From Azolla caroliniana (lineage: Eukaryota; Plantae; Polypodiophyta): a DNA stretch of 64,000 nucleotides. Of the stretch, positions 51,451 through 64,000 are shown in pieces. The position numbers and the translations under genes were made by a program. The notes below the pieces were generated by a model, which did no database searches, was not told the origin of the DNA, and saw nothing but the letters and a program-made list of their open reading frames with translations. Each line of letters begins with the position of its first letter. The stretch's first letter is position 1. The stretch spans positions 12,338,001 to 12,402,000 of the forward strand of contig JBHGNT010000015.1 in assembly GCA_043228905.1 (NCBI GenBank), written 5' to 3'.

Positions 51451-51848
51451 CTTGAGAACACTACTTGCTGTGAGTGCAGCCAAAAGATGGGTTCTGCACC
51501 ATATGGATGTAAAAAATGCTTTTTTACATGGTAACTTAGAAGAAGAAGTGTATATGTGTCAACCACCAGGTTTTGAAGATAAGAAGCATTCAGAATATGT
51601 ATGCAGGTTGAAAAAGGCTCTATATGGACTGAAACAAGCACCGAGAGCATGGCATAAAGAACTTTCAGAATCTCTGAAAAAATTTGCTTTCAAAATGTCA
51701 AAGGCTGATCCATCATTGTATGTAAAAAGGATAAATGAATGCATTGTTGTTATTTTGATTTATGTTGATGATTTAATCATTGGAGGTGATTCCATGGATG
51801 AAATAAGCAAGCTGAAAAAAAAATCTTGAAATGCAATTTCGTATGAAG
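51451..51848 (+). mobile_element. Captured Ty1/copia RT fragment, antisense inside the gypsy element
   Basis: [39 protein letters not shown]; AT-rich; no LTR or TSD. Confidence 0.92.
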
Positions 51849-52845
51849 TGCAGCCAAAAAGACCTCTTTTGCCTCGTCTTCCGGAGGTGCCCTTGTTAGC
51901 TCGTTGTGTGGAGTGTCCGGAAACTGATAATGAATTGCAAGACTGTCTCATTGGGCACCTGATAGACCATATAGAATTGGCCGACTAGCTCTCATTGCTC
52001 CACCTGTCTGTGGAACAATCGTAGGAATTTATCCTGCAAGGCTTCAAATGTGGTGAAGCTCTCGGGAAGGTGCTTTTTGTGCCACCTTGCTGCCAGTCCC
52101 TCCAATGTCATTCCGAATTCCGCAATCTTTGAACGTTCGACCCCCGCTTCTGTCAACCATTGCGAGACATGGTTCGCTTCCCATGTCTGTAGGAAAGCAT
52201 ATACATGCGCCCTATGTCCGGTTCGTCCCGTACTTTGGATATGGGTATGGCATGATGTCGTCGTTGAAGGGTAGTATTGGGGGTGGTGTCATGGTCTGAT
52301 CCTCTTCTTTCTCTGGCGTCAGGTTCGGTAGTGGCGTTGGTACATAATTGTTCTTTTTCTCGAATTGTTGGTGTAGTGGTGGTGTTGATACGCGCTCGGC
52401 CATTTTCTCCTACTGTTGGACTTGGTTTGTCTCGTGGCCCGGCGGTGTGGGTAATGTTGTTTCTGCTTCGGGTGTTAGTGTGTGCTCCGAACTGTCTTCC
52501 TCTGCTTTTCCGGGGGGGTCATGACTGCTTCGATAATTCGACTGCACATTGTGCTCATTGTCTGATTCCGACTCAAAGTTGGAAAAGGCTTCCGATTCTC
52601 TAATGTCTATGGGGAGGGTTTGTAGTATCGATTCTGCCTTTCCTAAACTGCTTAGGCCATTGTTGGTATATTGTTGGTTCTGCAACAGGAGTGACTCCTC
52701 CGTGACCCGTTGAATCGTTCTAGGAAAAGACCAGTCCTATCATATCTCCTCGGCCGCCTACTGGTAGGACACCCACCTCCGCATGCTCTAGGCTAGACTT
52801 CTCGCTCGTTCAGCGAATGGGTTGTTTGTCGGTCTAGTCATCCAT
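51845..52845 (-). pseudogene. Gypsy gag (Retrotrans_gag-like), frameshifted
   Basis: Manual translation: PYPKY..AHVYAFLQTWEANH..KIAEFGMTLEGLAARWH..FTTFEALQDKFLRLF..YQVPNETVLQFI..AKEVFLAAL. Confidence 0.85.
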
Positions 52846-53814
52846 TCCCCGATGTTCACTACGCTTTGCAAGAATCGTGGTCACCAAAACTATGTTAGTC
52901 CTGGGCCAGACACCCTTCCAGAACACTTCACCAAAGGCGTGGTTACAGGGTTAATACTTCCGACATAGATATAATTTTATCTTACTGGTTCCGGATCGGT
53001 TCCAGATTAACCACATACACGAATTGATTACACACATAAGATAAGACAATAAGCATAGAACGGAAAGTACTTAGATACACATTAATCTTAAAGCCAACTT
53101 CACTTATGTTAATTCCGTCCCTTAATACATCGTTCTTCGAATCCTTTTATAGGAATCCGGTTCTGTTTACAAGACGGTGCCATACCGACAACCGGTTACA
53201 AATTGGTCCGGATCCAGATCGGTGCAATTCTTCCGGATCCGTCTGTTCCTATTTTAATTCTAGCTAATTTTAATAACTAATACTTAAATTCCTCTTCCAA
53301 CTCTTCCCCACTTGTCTTTCATACTCCGGCCACTAGTCAACGTGGTGTTTCCCTACCTCTTGCTCAAGGAACCGTCCTCCTCATAGCCTATCCACTTCTT
53401 CATTGTCGTCCTTTGATTAGCAACTTCTCCAAGCAATACAATGTTCATAATTTCAGATCTCATAGTCCATCCAGCCCTGATTCCATGGATTATGTTGGCC
53501 TAATCTTGTAGTGGCAATGACGTAAACCATCTAAAACATGTTATACTCTTTCCTGAACCTTCTACAATGCTTCCCTTACTTGATCCAATTAGTTGGCTGG
53601 ATGCATCTCCGATACATGAGTTCCACAATATGTGTTGACTGAGCCAGACATGTTTGGAGTTAGACTGATCACACTTGAGTCATAGTCTTATGTCACACCA
53701 TGCCTTCCTCATGGATGCACTGAATCTATCCTCCAATTGACATGAGAAACGTGATTTGAGATCCATGTTTAGGATCCATCCCATTTGAGGGGCCCAATTG
53801 GCCCCTTCTTGTGG

Positions 53815-54093
53815 TGTAAAGTTGTAAAAGTTATGTGCGGAAGTGTAGACACAACTAGCTCAGCTAGATAGCATTAGAAAGACAGAAATGAAAGTTTAAT
53901 GGAAGCTTGGCAATACATAGTACGCGGGAGAGACAAAGAGCAGAACATAAAATCTATTAAAAATTAACAACACTCTGTACATACAATGTGCTCAGTGAGC
54001 ACTTTTATACAAGTCCTTAGAGGATTGACAGAAGTACAAACATGTACTTCAATGCTCGTACTGAGCAACTAACATTAACTCCTAAAAATATGT
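53815..54093 (-). mobile_element. Partial copia LTR (family of element E) interrupted by element G
   Basis: Reverse-complement similarity to LTR 34110-34389; the remainder presumably lies beyond the window. Confidence 0.8.
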
Positions 54094-55448
54094 TGTTGGG
54101 AAACAAGTCCTCTGTATGGAGAGAAGAACCGAGTTGGAGGGTAATCAATTCGGAAGAACTGAAATTGAGAACCGAAATCTATTTGGAAGACTATAATTGT
54201 AAATAGCCTAAAATGCTCCTTGTGGGCCATACTTGTAAATAACCTGAAAGTTGTTTTGGTATAAAAACAACTAGGTCAAAACTTTATAGATATGTGTTGC
54301 TCATTAGTTGATATAGAATTAGTGGAGGTAGTTGCCTCTATGACTGTGAGAGGAAGAGTGAGAGCGTGAGAGTGCAACTTTGTAGCCATCTATCAGACAA
54401 AGGAGAACTCGAGGTCGTTGCCTCCAAGTTCCTCATTGTACTTCTTCCCTACCATAGTGATCTAAATGGAGTTTCTAGACTCCACGTGGTTTTCCTAGTT
54501 TGGGTTTCCATGTTAAACATCCGGTGTCTCTCTATACTTGTTTTTCTTGTCTTCACGTTTTTCTGTTTGTGTACTAGCTCTCTTGTTTTCTGCACCCGAA
54601 TACGAATGAGTAAGCAGTTGTGGCTAGTCGATTCCTAACAAAGTGGTATCAGAGCGATGGACAACTTGTTCGGCGGCATGTTCAAGTTAACCGGCTCCAA
54701 CTACTCAATGTGGAAGTCAAAGATGAGAGACATGCTCGTGTCCAAAGACCTCTGGCTGCCAATGCAATTGGAGATAAAAGACCAAACAAGATCGATGCAT
54801 CGACTTGGGAAGTCATGCACCTAAAGGTGGCAGCATATATAAGGTGTTTTATAAACATGATTCTATATAATAACTTTGATGAAGAGATGAGTGCGGATGC
54901 CTTTGGAAGAAGATTGGCGTAATGTTCAAGAACAAGAACGTCGTGAACTGAGTCTCTGTTTTCACGAAAATCGTGAGACTCCGGTATCAAGATGGTTCGA
55001 GCATGGCGGAGCACATTAATACCTTCCAATGACTAATGAACCAAACCACCTCTCTAGAAGTACCACTTGCCAACGAGGTACTAGCACTATTGTTAGTGGG
55101 ATCCCTTCCACACAGTTGGGAAATGCTTGTTGTCACATTAGGCAACGCGGGATCGCAAGTGAATCACTTATCCCTAGAACAGGTGAAGTCGAGCATGCTA
55201 AATGAAGAAGCTCGCTAGAAGGATCGAGAGTCCAATACCAACCAGAAGGCCTTATTCACGGAAGGTGACACGATTCGGGGAAGAAGCTGAAATCAAAGTC
55301 CCCATAACCGAGATAAGTTGGAGACCAGGTCGAAGTCGAGGGGGACCCATGTGCTTCTACTATGGGAAGTCGGGGCACTTCCCGAAAAACTGCTGACACT
55401 TTCGAAAGGAGAAAGGGGGGGTTGATGGTGTAGAGCTAAAGAAAATCC

Positions 55449-55846
55449 TGTAGAAGAATACGTGTGCGGAAGTGTATGCGAAACACAAAGTACATGGTTC
55501 GGAGAACTCAGAAAACACAGAGAGGGAGAGGGAGAGGGAGAGGGAGAGAGAGCAGACAACTCAGTTCTATTTCAAAATAATGACACTTTGTACATACTTC
55601 GTGCTCAGTGAGCACCTTTTATACAATCCTGCCTATCGGGCTAACACAAGTACTAACAGTACTTGACGCTCATAAATGAGCCACTACACTCACTCCCAAA
55701 ATTATTCCTTTCGAGGAATATCTCTCTAACAGCCTTTCGGTTTACGCACTGATACGGCCAAGTTGTGCGTACTAACTTACGCGTCCAGTCTACGCACTGG
55801 GTTACGCACCGTATTATGCACTCAATGTTGAGCTTGTATCTCAACA
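55449..55846 (-). mobile_element. Solo LTR related to the LTRs of element H
   Basis: TGTAG...TCAACA with perfect TSD AATCC. Confidence 0.93.
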
Positions 55847-56061
55847 AATCCCTAACAGAAGAACACCTCAGCAATCGTAGCGAGTGAGGAGGAGTTGTTG
55901 CTCATTAACGAGAAAAACGAAGTGAATCTCTTAGGCAAAGAATGGACATGGGTGGTTGTAAAAGAATACGTGTGCGGAAGCGTATGCGTAAGAGCACAGA
56001 GTACACGGTTTGGAAGTACAACAGTTCGATAAAACGCAGAAATCACAGAGAAAGAGAAGGA

Positions 56062-56094
<33 letters not shown>

Positions 56095-56135
56095 CAGAAA
56101 ATACAAAACTATATTCAAAAATAATTCTCTGTATG

Positions 56136-56733
56136 TGTTGGGATTACGGTCCCTCCGGATGGGATGATCGGATGTCCGGAGATGAATGACGGCAAACCCG
56201 GTTTCGGAGCCGGATGATGAAGACCCGGTTTCGGAGCCGGATGATGAATGTACCCGGAGAGAGATCCGGATGCGGGGACATATTTGTGAATATGCTTGCC
56301 AAGGGCCCTTGAGGCTACATTTGTAAATAAGCCCGAAAGTCATATGTGTATAAATATGACTTAGGGCAAACAGTTTTGATGTTGCTACTCATTTTTTCTG
56401 TTTTTCCACTCAAGAGGAGTGAAGAGAGAGCAGCCGTGAGAGAGATAGAGCGTGAGAGAGGAAGAGGTCGACGCCTCTGTGTAATTCCGCCGCCTGTGGC
56501 GAGGACAGCGAGCTCAAGGTCGTCGCCTTGCAGCTCGCCATTGTATATTTCTCTGTGCATAGTTTTGGTTCGGAGTCTTGTACTCCCGTGGTTTTTCCCG
56601 TACAGGGTTTTCCACGTTAAATCGTGTGTCCACTCTATTTTTTTGCATTTCCCATTTTCTGCAACAACGATTCGTGTGTTTTCTTGGTTGCGGCCGAGAG
56701 GTGAAGTTTGGAAAGTGACGATTATTTCCATCA
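56136..56733 (+). mobile_element. Solo LTR inside the 3' LTR of H
   Basis: TGTTGGG...CATCA with perfect TSD GTATG; start similar to LTRs at 14847 and 59108. Confidence 0.92.
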
Positions 56734-59107
56734 GTATGTTCTCTGTACATATTTCGTGCTTAGTGAGCACCTTTTATACAAGCCCTAACTATTGGGCTAA
56801 CACAAGTACTAACAGTACTTGACCGCTCATAAATGAGCCTTCTACACTAACTCCGAAAACTATTCCTTATGAGGAATAACGTTCTAACAGCCTTTCGGTT
56901 TAAACACTGCCACGACCATATATTGCATACGGTTTTATGCACCCAGTCTATGCACTGGGTTACATACCCGTTTACGCTCCACATGTTGAGCTTGTCTCTC
57001 AACACTCCCCCTCAAGCTCAATTGGAGGTTCTATATCCTTTTCCAGATCTTCGCTCTGGCCTCTCCTGGCTTCACGCCTCGCTCCCACTCCTCAACCCGT
57101 TCAATTCCGCGTGCTTCGACCCTTCCGGTCGTCTTGTCTGCTCATGCGGCCTTTCTCAAATCCCTTGTATTACCGCCTCTTCTATTTCCCTTTCCTCCGC
57201 TCGGCCCTTAGTTGATTCGGCATGTCCGAATCGAACATTTCAATTAAATCGGTCACCCCCCAAAGTTCAGCGTGTCGAGGTGACGCAAGCCCAGCTCACC
57301 CGAGAAATGCCGCAACTTGTCAAGCCCAAGGGGTTTGGTGAAGATGTCGGCAACTTGCCGACCCATCGAAACATATTCCAGTTTGACTTCACTAGAAAGG
57401 ACACGCTCGAGGACAAAATGGTAGTGCACCTCAATGTACTTGGTTCAAGCGTGGAATACAAGATTTTTCGCAAGGTGGATGCTGCTGACGTTGTCGCAAT
57501 AGATCGTCGTTGGATCGGACAACTCTACTTGCAGATCCCGTAATAGCCGTTTCAGCCAAATCACTTCGCAAGTAGCGACGGTCGCCCCTCAATATTCGGC
57601 CTCTGTGCTCAACAGCGATATTGTCCGCTGCTTCTTACTACTCCATGCGATCGCCGCACTTCCCAATGAGAATGTGTATTCGGATGTGGATCTACAATCG
57701 TGGGCATTTCCGGCCCAATCGGCATTTGTGTAGCCGACTAACTACTCGGCTACGTCTCCACGATACAACAACGCCATGTCTTTTATGTCGCTGACATATC
57801 ATAATATCCTTTGCGCGCACTGAAAATGTTCGATCGTGGGCTACAACATAAATTGACTAATCATTCCGACCGGATAGCTGAGGTCCGGCCGAGTGATCGT
57901 CAAGTAGATGAGGTTTCCGACAATCTGTTGAAACCATGTCGGGTCGCACGCCTTTCCCAAATCTCGGTGAAGCTTTACGTTTCTATCCAGAGGGGTTGAG
58001 ATAGGCTTACAATTTGCCATCCCGAACTTGAAGAACATATTCAACGCATAATGACGTTGATTGATCAATATGCCTTTGGGGGAACGGACACTTCAATCTC
58101 GAGGAAGCAATGAAGGTTTCCAAGATCCTTCATTTCGAACGATGGCACAAGCAAAGACTTTACGTGGTCGATTTCTTCCAGGTTGGTACCAGCGATGACT
58201 AAATCATCAACATAAAGTAAAAGACAAACGGTTCCATGTCGTCTTTGCCGAATGAACAACGAGGAGTTCAATTTGGATGTTGTAAACCCCATTCTACGCA
58301 ACTGTTGCGTAATCTTCGCGTTCCAAGCTCGTAGCGCTTGCTTAAAGCCATATAACACCTTCTTCAATCGGCAAACTGCCGAAGTGTTGTGTTCGGATAG
58401 AAATCTGGGAGGTCGTACCACCTGTTCCTCAAGATCACCTTGTAGGAACACATTCTTTACATCCATCTAATGTAGATGCCACCCCTTCGCCGCAGCTACA
58501 GCTAGCAAAACTCACACGGCAGTCATCTTCACGACAAGCGCGAAGGTCTCGTCGTAATCGACATCGTGCTTCTGCACATAGCCTTTCGTAACCAACCGGT
58601 CCTTATATTGGTTGACCGAGTAGTCAGTGTTGTATTTTACCGTAAACACCCATCTGCATCCGATCGGCTTAACACCTTTAGGTGCGTCAACCAGGTCCCA
58701 AGTCTCGTTGTCCGATAATGCGCGCATTTATTCCTCCATCGCGGCACGCTAATTTGCGTGTTTCGCCGCTTCTGTGTACCTCTCCGGTTCACGCACTTCT
58801 ACCACTCATGTCATGTATGCGTAATGGTACGCCTTGTATTCATTGTACCCGTACCTTTTTACGGGGTCCTTCAGGCAGGTAGATCAGCGTAATTCGTGAT
58901 TACCTGATTCCATGACCTTTTCGGTTGATTTCGACCCCTTCCGTGGAGGTTCCTTCCCGATTGGCCTGAAGTCAGATTCGCTCCGATCTGACTCGGCACT
59001 GCTGAAATTGTATTCTGAATTTTCTTCATCCCTTTTTCTTTACGCATAAACCGTCTCCTCGGTTCTTTACACAGGGACAACACGGCCAAGTCTCCACTAC
59101 ACGTCGG

Positions 59108-59430
59108 TGTTAGGATTTCGGTCCCTCCGAATGGGATATAAGTACCCGGCAAGGAAGACCCGATGAGAACCGGATGATGAGTACCCGGCAAGGAAGACCC
59201 AGTGAGAACCGGATGACGAGTACCCGGTGAGAACCGAATGACGCAGCCCTGATGAGAACCTCTCACCGGATGAAGGGACATAGATATAAATATATTTTTG
59301 TTAGCCCATTGTGGCTATATTTGTAAATAGCTAGAAAGTCATATTAGTATAAATATGACCTAGGGCAAACATTATTGTGGGTGTTGTCATTTTTGTTGTA
59401 TAGAGTTATTGAGAGTAACTGATGTACAGA

Positions 59431-59462
<32 letters not shown>

Positions 59463-59755
59463 TACAGAGCAAGTCTCTGTTGTAACCGCCGCTAGGCAAA
59501 GATTGTGAGCAAGAGGTTGTTGCCTCTGTGTTCACCTGTTGTATTCCTCTCAACATAGTGATAGTTGGAGTTTGTGAACTCCCGTGGTTTTTCCCATTTA
59601 GGGTTTTCCACATAAACATATTGTGTACCCTCTCTCATATTGTCTGTGTGTACGTGTATTCACCTCACCTCTATTCCCATTCTTGGTGTTCGATTCAGAA
59701 CGAAACGATCTAAGACACGGTTGTGGCCGAGTAATATTCCGCATATTTCGCGTCA
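59108..59755 (+). mobile_element. Solo LTR inside the IN-RT linker of H, with 39-bp U3 tandem repeats
   Basis: TGTTAGG...CGTCA with TSD GTCGG/GTTGG; repeats gtacccggcaaggaagaccc.. at 59142-59240. Confidence 0.92.
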
Positions 59756-62700
59756 GTTGGCTCTTCATTTGGTTGGCTATCTCGGCCCAACTCCTCATTC
59801 AGCCCGCTTAGCCAAAATGAGATTGCCCTCTCTATCAAAGCTCTCATTTCCTCATCACGCGGAGGCAGTTCGGCCTTGTTGATCTCTTCTTCAGAATTCG
59901 GAATGGAATCATGAGGTATTGGAGGTGAAGGCAAGTACCACGAAGAGGACTCGTCGAATACGACATCTCGGCTTACGTGAACTTCCTTTGTTCGGGGGTT
60001 ATAGCATTTATAGCCCTTTTGCTCCTCTAAATAGCCGACCAAGATACACTTCCTCCTCTTCTCCTTCGGCACATGCACATACGCAACGCTGCCGAAAATC
60101 CTCAAGGGTGCCAAGTTCGACTTCTTGCCGTTATACAACTCGTGTGGCGACACTCCTCCATTAGAAGAAGTCCGATTCTACAAATAAATAGCAGTACTTA
60201 CGGCTTGAGCCTAGTAAAACTTCGGCATATGCTTCTCTTCAAGCATTGCCCTTGCGGCTTCTTCGATCGTCCGATTCTTTCACTCGGCTACGTCGTTCTG
60301 CTCCGACGTATATCTACACGAGAATTCGCGTCGAATTCCCTCCTTCTGTAGATAACTCATGAAGTGGTCGGCGAATCACTCCTTCCCACCATCAGACCGT
60401 AGGCACTTGATCTTACATCCTGTTTCCCTTTCTACACGATTTTTCGCCTTCAAGAACCATGTGAAGACTTCGCGATCAAGCACGCCCAGGTATGCCGAGT
60501 GAAGTCATCGATGAAGGTTAAGAAGTAACGGCTTCCACCAAATCTCACGTTTTGTGCCGGTCCCCACACATCCAATGGATCAAATCAAGAGGATTTCGAC
60601 TTTGATTAGGCTCATTGGGAAATGGAAGTCAGTGTTGCTTCCCGAGTTGGCAGGCTTCGCAGACTTGGCCACTACGGTCCCGAAATTTCGGCAAGACAAA
60701 AACAATGTTCTTCGTCTTCATTTCACGAAGCCGTGGGAAGTTAACATGGTCGAACCACTTGTGCCACAGGTCAATGTCTGACTCGACCTTCTGTCCTTTC
60801 ACGAATAGCGTAGTTCCGGCTTAATTGGTTTCGAGGATAAACATCCTCCCTTCACGGCGCCCTTGCGCGATAAATTGCCCTTCCTTTTTGATGTAACACC
60901 CAAGGTGCATGAAACAAAATTGCATCCCCTAGTCGACGATCTGACCGACCGACACCATGTGCAACACATTCATAAGTTCCCTTTCTGCCCGACGTGGCTG
61001 AGAGGAACTTCTCCGACATGTTCGATGGTATGCGGAGTGTCGTCTCCAGTTTCGACCACTCCTTGTTTTTCCGGTTTCTCCAAGTACAAGAACCATTCCT
61101 CATGACTCATCATATGATTTGACACTCCGGAATCAACATACCACACCTCTCTTGGTTTCGAGGTGTTCACGGCCATCGAATTGGCCTTGTGCTTCATTAC
61201 GAAGGCTGGGCCCGATCCATTTCCGGCTTGTTCAAAGCCCTCGGCATAGTGCGATTTCTGACGCCTTCCTGCGTCTCTTCCGCTCAATTCGGCTTTGTCT
61301 AAATCGGCTTTCTTGCCACAGTACCAGCATTCCGTCACGGCCTCCCCTTGCCAACTTCCGGTGCCTCTATCACTCCCCCTGTTTTCAGAGGGTTTGGAAT
61401 TGCTTCCGGCATTTTGATTATGCCGCATGTTCTACTCTTGTCGGTTGCCTCCATTGCGCGACGATCCGACTCGTCTGCCACGATTACAGGGCCTATCTTT
61501 CTCTATGTACAGCATCTTGTTGTCGATGTGCGTACTCGTTGACGCACCCGCGTGATTTTCCTCCACGAGCAACATCGACTGAAGCTCGAAGAATGAAGGT
61601 GTAATCTCCATTGTGCAAACCACCGTCCAGAACGCTCCGAACTTTGAAGCTAACCCACCAAGACAAACCTGCATCATTTCTTCCTCCTTGACGTTCACAT
61701 TGACGGAGGCAAGAGAGTCACAGATCTCCTTGATTCGGGCCATGGAATCGGCCACAAACAAATCTTGCTGTCGGACATTGTTGAGCTCTTGTCTAACCTA
61801 TAGCTTCCTGGACGTTATGCTAGCGGCGAAAATTCTCTTGAGATTCGCCCACTCATCCTTTGGTGTCTTAGCATCCCGAATGTAGATCAAGAGTTGGTCG
61901 CTCACACAGGATGCGAAGTAGTAAAGAACTCTGCTTGCCATTTGTTCCCAAGCCGAAAAATCTCTGCATGTTGATTCGGGTGCTGCATCATTAGCTCCAT
62001 CGAAATAACTCCAGTAGTGATGACCAAGCAGATATTGGTGCATCTTGTATGACCAAGATGCATAGTTGCTCCTGTCGAGCTTCTCAGTCAGTTGTGAGAT
62101 TCCCATTCCTCTATCCATATTGTTGTCTTTTCCTTTACGAAAACGACAACTTAACTCTGTCTTTATCGCAGGCTTTTCTGTCAGCTAGAGAGGAGTCTCA
62201 ACATGCACGCTCTGATACCATGTAAAAAAGAATACGTGTGCGGAAGTGTATGCGTAAGAGCATAGAGTACACGGTTCGGAAGTAGGACAGTTCAGTAAAA
62301 CGCAGAAATCACAAAGAAAGAGAGGGAGAGAGAGAGAGAGAGAGCAGAAAATACAAAACTATATTCAAAAATAATTTTCTATACTTATTTCGTGCTTAGT
62401 GAGCACCTTTTATACAAGCCCCGACTATTGGGCTGACACAACTATTGACAGTACCTGACCGCTCATAAATGAGCCTTCTACACTAACTCCCAAAATTATT
62501 CCTTACGAGGAATAACATTCCAACAGCCTTTCGGTTTAAACCATGCCACGGCCATATTTTGTGTACAATTTTATGCACCCAGTCTATGCACTGAGTTACG
62601 TACCCGTTTATGCTCCAAATGTTGAGCTTGTCTCTCAACAGTGGTCGATTCGGGTGCGTCGTTTCACCTAACCCCTGATTGAAAGTGCTTCTCATCCTAC

Positions 62701-64000
62701 ATATCCGAAGATATTGGATCTGTAAAGATGGGAAATGAAGGAGCATGCTAAATTGTCGGCATTGGAGATTTGTGTTTGGTGACCTCAACTGGGTGTAGAC
62801 TTGTGTTGAGAAATGTTCGGCACGTTCCAGAAGTTTGACTGAACTTGATATCAGTCGGTCGGCTAGATGATGAAGGCTACACGGGTAGCATCCGGAACAG
62901 TGTCATGAAATTCTGCAGGGGAAGTCTGATCGTGACTCGAGCCCAGAAAACCAGCCCATTGTACATAATAAATGCTCAATTATGCATGGGGGAAGCCAAA
63001 GTGGTAGCCCACACTATCGATGAATTGTGGCGCAAGAGGTTGTGCCATATGAGCCAAAAGGGGATGCCAAATCTTGTTGAGGACAACCTTATTCCGGAGG
63101 TGAAGAATGTGCAGCTTAAGAAGTGCACAGATTGCTTGTCCGGCAAGCAGAATCGAACATCCTTCCAAGCAAGGCCCCCGATGAGGAAGAAATGCCGCTG
63201 GAACTCGTGCATATAGACGTATGCTATGTGGATACGAAGTCGCATGGTGGTTCACAGGATTTCGTGAACTTCATTAATGATTGTAGCTGGAAGTTGTGGG
63301 TTTTCGTGCTGAAGAAGAAGGATCAAGTGTCATTCGTCTTCAAAGAGTTCCAAGCGAGGGCCGAGAGAGAAACTGGCCGAAAAATGAAGGGCGTCCGAGG
63401 GAAAATGGCGGAGAGTACCGTGGACCGTTTAAGCAATACTGCCAAAATGAAGGAATCAGGCTCGAGTATACTGTGCCGAAGACACCAGATCTTAATGGGT
63501 TGGCCGAGATAATGAACCGAACCTTAATGGAAAGGGTCTGAAGTATGCTTGCACATGCAAAGTTACTGAAGACATTCTGGGCTGAGGCGCTGATGACAAC
63601 AGCGTATGTGATAAATCGATCACCCTTAGTACCCTTGGATGGTGATATTCCACAAAGGGTGTGGAGCGGAAAAGATGCTCATACCGACATCTGAGGGTGT
63701 TCGGTTTTCTTGCCTATGTGCACGTGGCAAAGGACCAAAGGGGGAAGTTAGATCCGAAATCTCGGCCATGCATATTTCTCGGCTATGGCAATGATGAATT
63801 TGGCTATCGGCTATGGGACTTAGCCGAGAAGAAAGTGATTAGGGGCCGCGACATTGTCTTCATGGAGGAAAAGACAATAGTTAATTGGGAGATTGAGAAT
63901 AAGTCTCCAACTACTGAATCGAACCAAGTCGATGCTCGACCGAATCGAGTAGAAGCCGATTCGATCAAAATCGAATCCGAGCTAGTCGGCCGATCTAATA

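Larger units (their letters stand above)
48951..53342 (-). mobile_element. Non-autonomous Ty3/gypsy element (Athila/Tat-like organisation): 5' LTR 52893-53342, gag, no pol, accessory ORF, 3' LTR 48951-49397
   Basis: About 450-bp direct repeats with perfect TSD TGGTG. Minus-strand TATA CCTATAAAA in both LTRs. PBS-like TGGTGACCACGA (rc) 52875-52886. gag on the minus strand. Confidence 0.93.
47940..53814 (-). mobile_element. Decayed L1-type LINE ORF2 3' region, split by the gypsy element (pieces ~47940-48950 and 53343-53814)
   Basis: Trp-rich zf-RVT-like fragments KIWHTY..TKFWRKI and IALWILWKQHCRHVF. Boundaries approximate. Confidence 0.65.
55957..62640 (-). mobile_element. Full-length inactivated copia element H (lineage of A) nested in the protease of G (5' LTR 62221-62640; 3' LTR 55957-57004)
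   Basis: Perfect TSD GTGGT. PBS (rc) 62209-62220; gag ATG 62118; WYVDSG, MDVKNVFL and LYVDDL; PPT (rc) 57005-57016. Confidence 0.96.
54094..64000 (+). mobile_element. Tnt1-like copia element G (5' LTR 54094-54640), continuing beyond the right edge
   Basis: PBS TGGTATCAGAGC 54644-54655; gag ATG 54657; protease WVV|DSGASF split by element H; integrase 62900-63900. Confidence 0.94.

Overview
Plant genomic DNA, probably a bryophyte (inferred from the retroelement lineages, not proven). Roughly 85-90% of the window is nested, decayed LTR retrotransposons: eight Ty1/copia elements, three Ty3/gypsy derivatives and about ten solo LTRs, most with readable target-site duplications (TSDs). It also holds two LINE remnants and one host gene, an intronless DREB A-4/TINY-like AP2/ERF transcription factor (36752-37744). 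The strongest candidate for something undescribed is a gypsy lineage present as two divergent copies (23830-25617 and 48951-53342). Both carry, where the polypurine tract (PPT) should be, a tRNA-Arg 3'-half mimic that also reads as a second, oppositely oriented primer-binding site (PBS). Both also encode a homologous coiled-coil accessory protein with a conserved RADAEN..FYxMDE block and a C-terminal ILDIL motif. Other notable signals are four TGTCG...CGACA solo-LTR-like elements with 4-bp CpG-centred TSDs, a self-priming chromovirus-type gypsy with a tRNA-like LTR end and a -1 frameshift signal, and a copia lineage with two PPT-like tracts. All coordinates and alignments were read by eye; no database searches were run.
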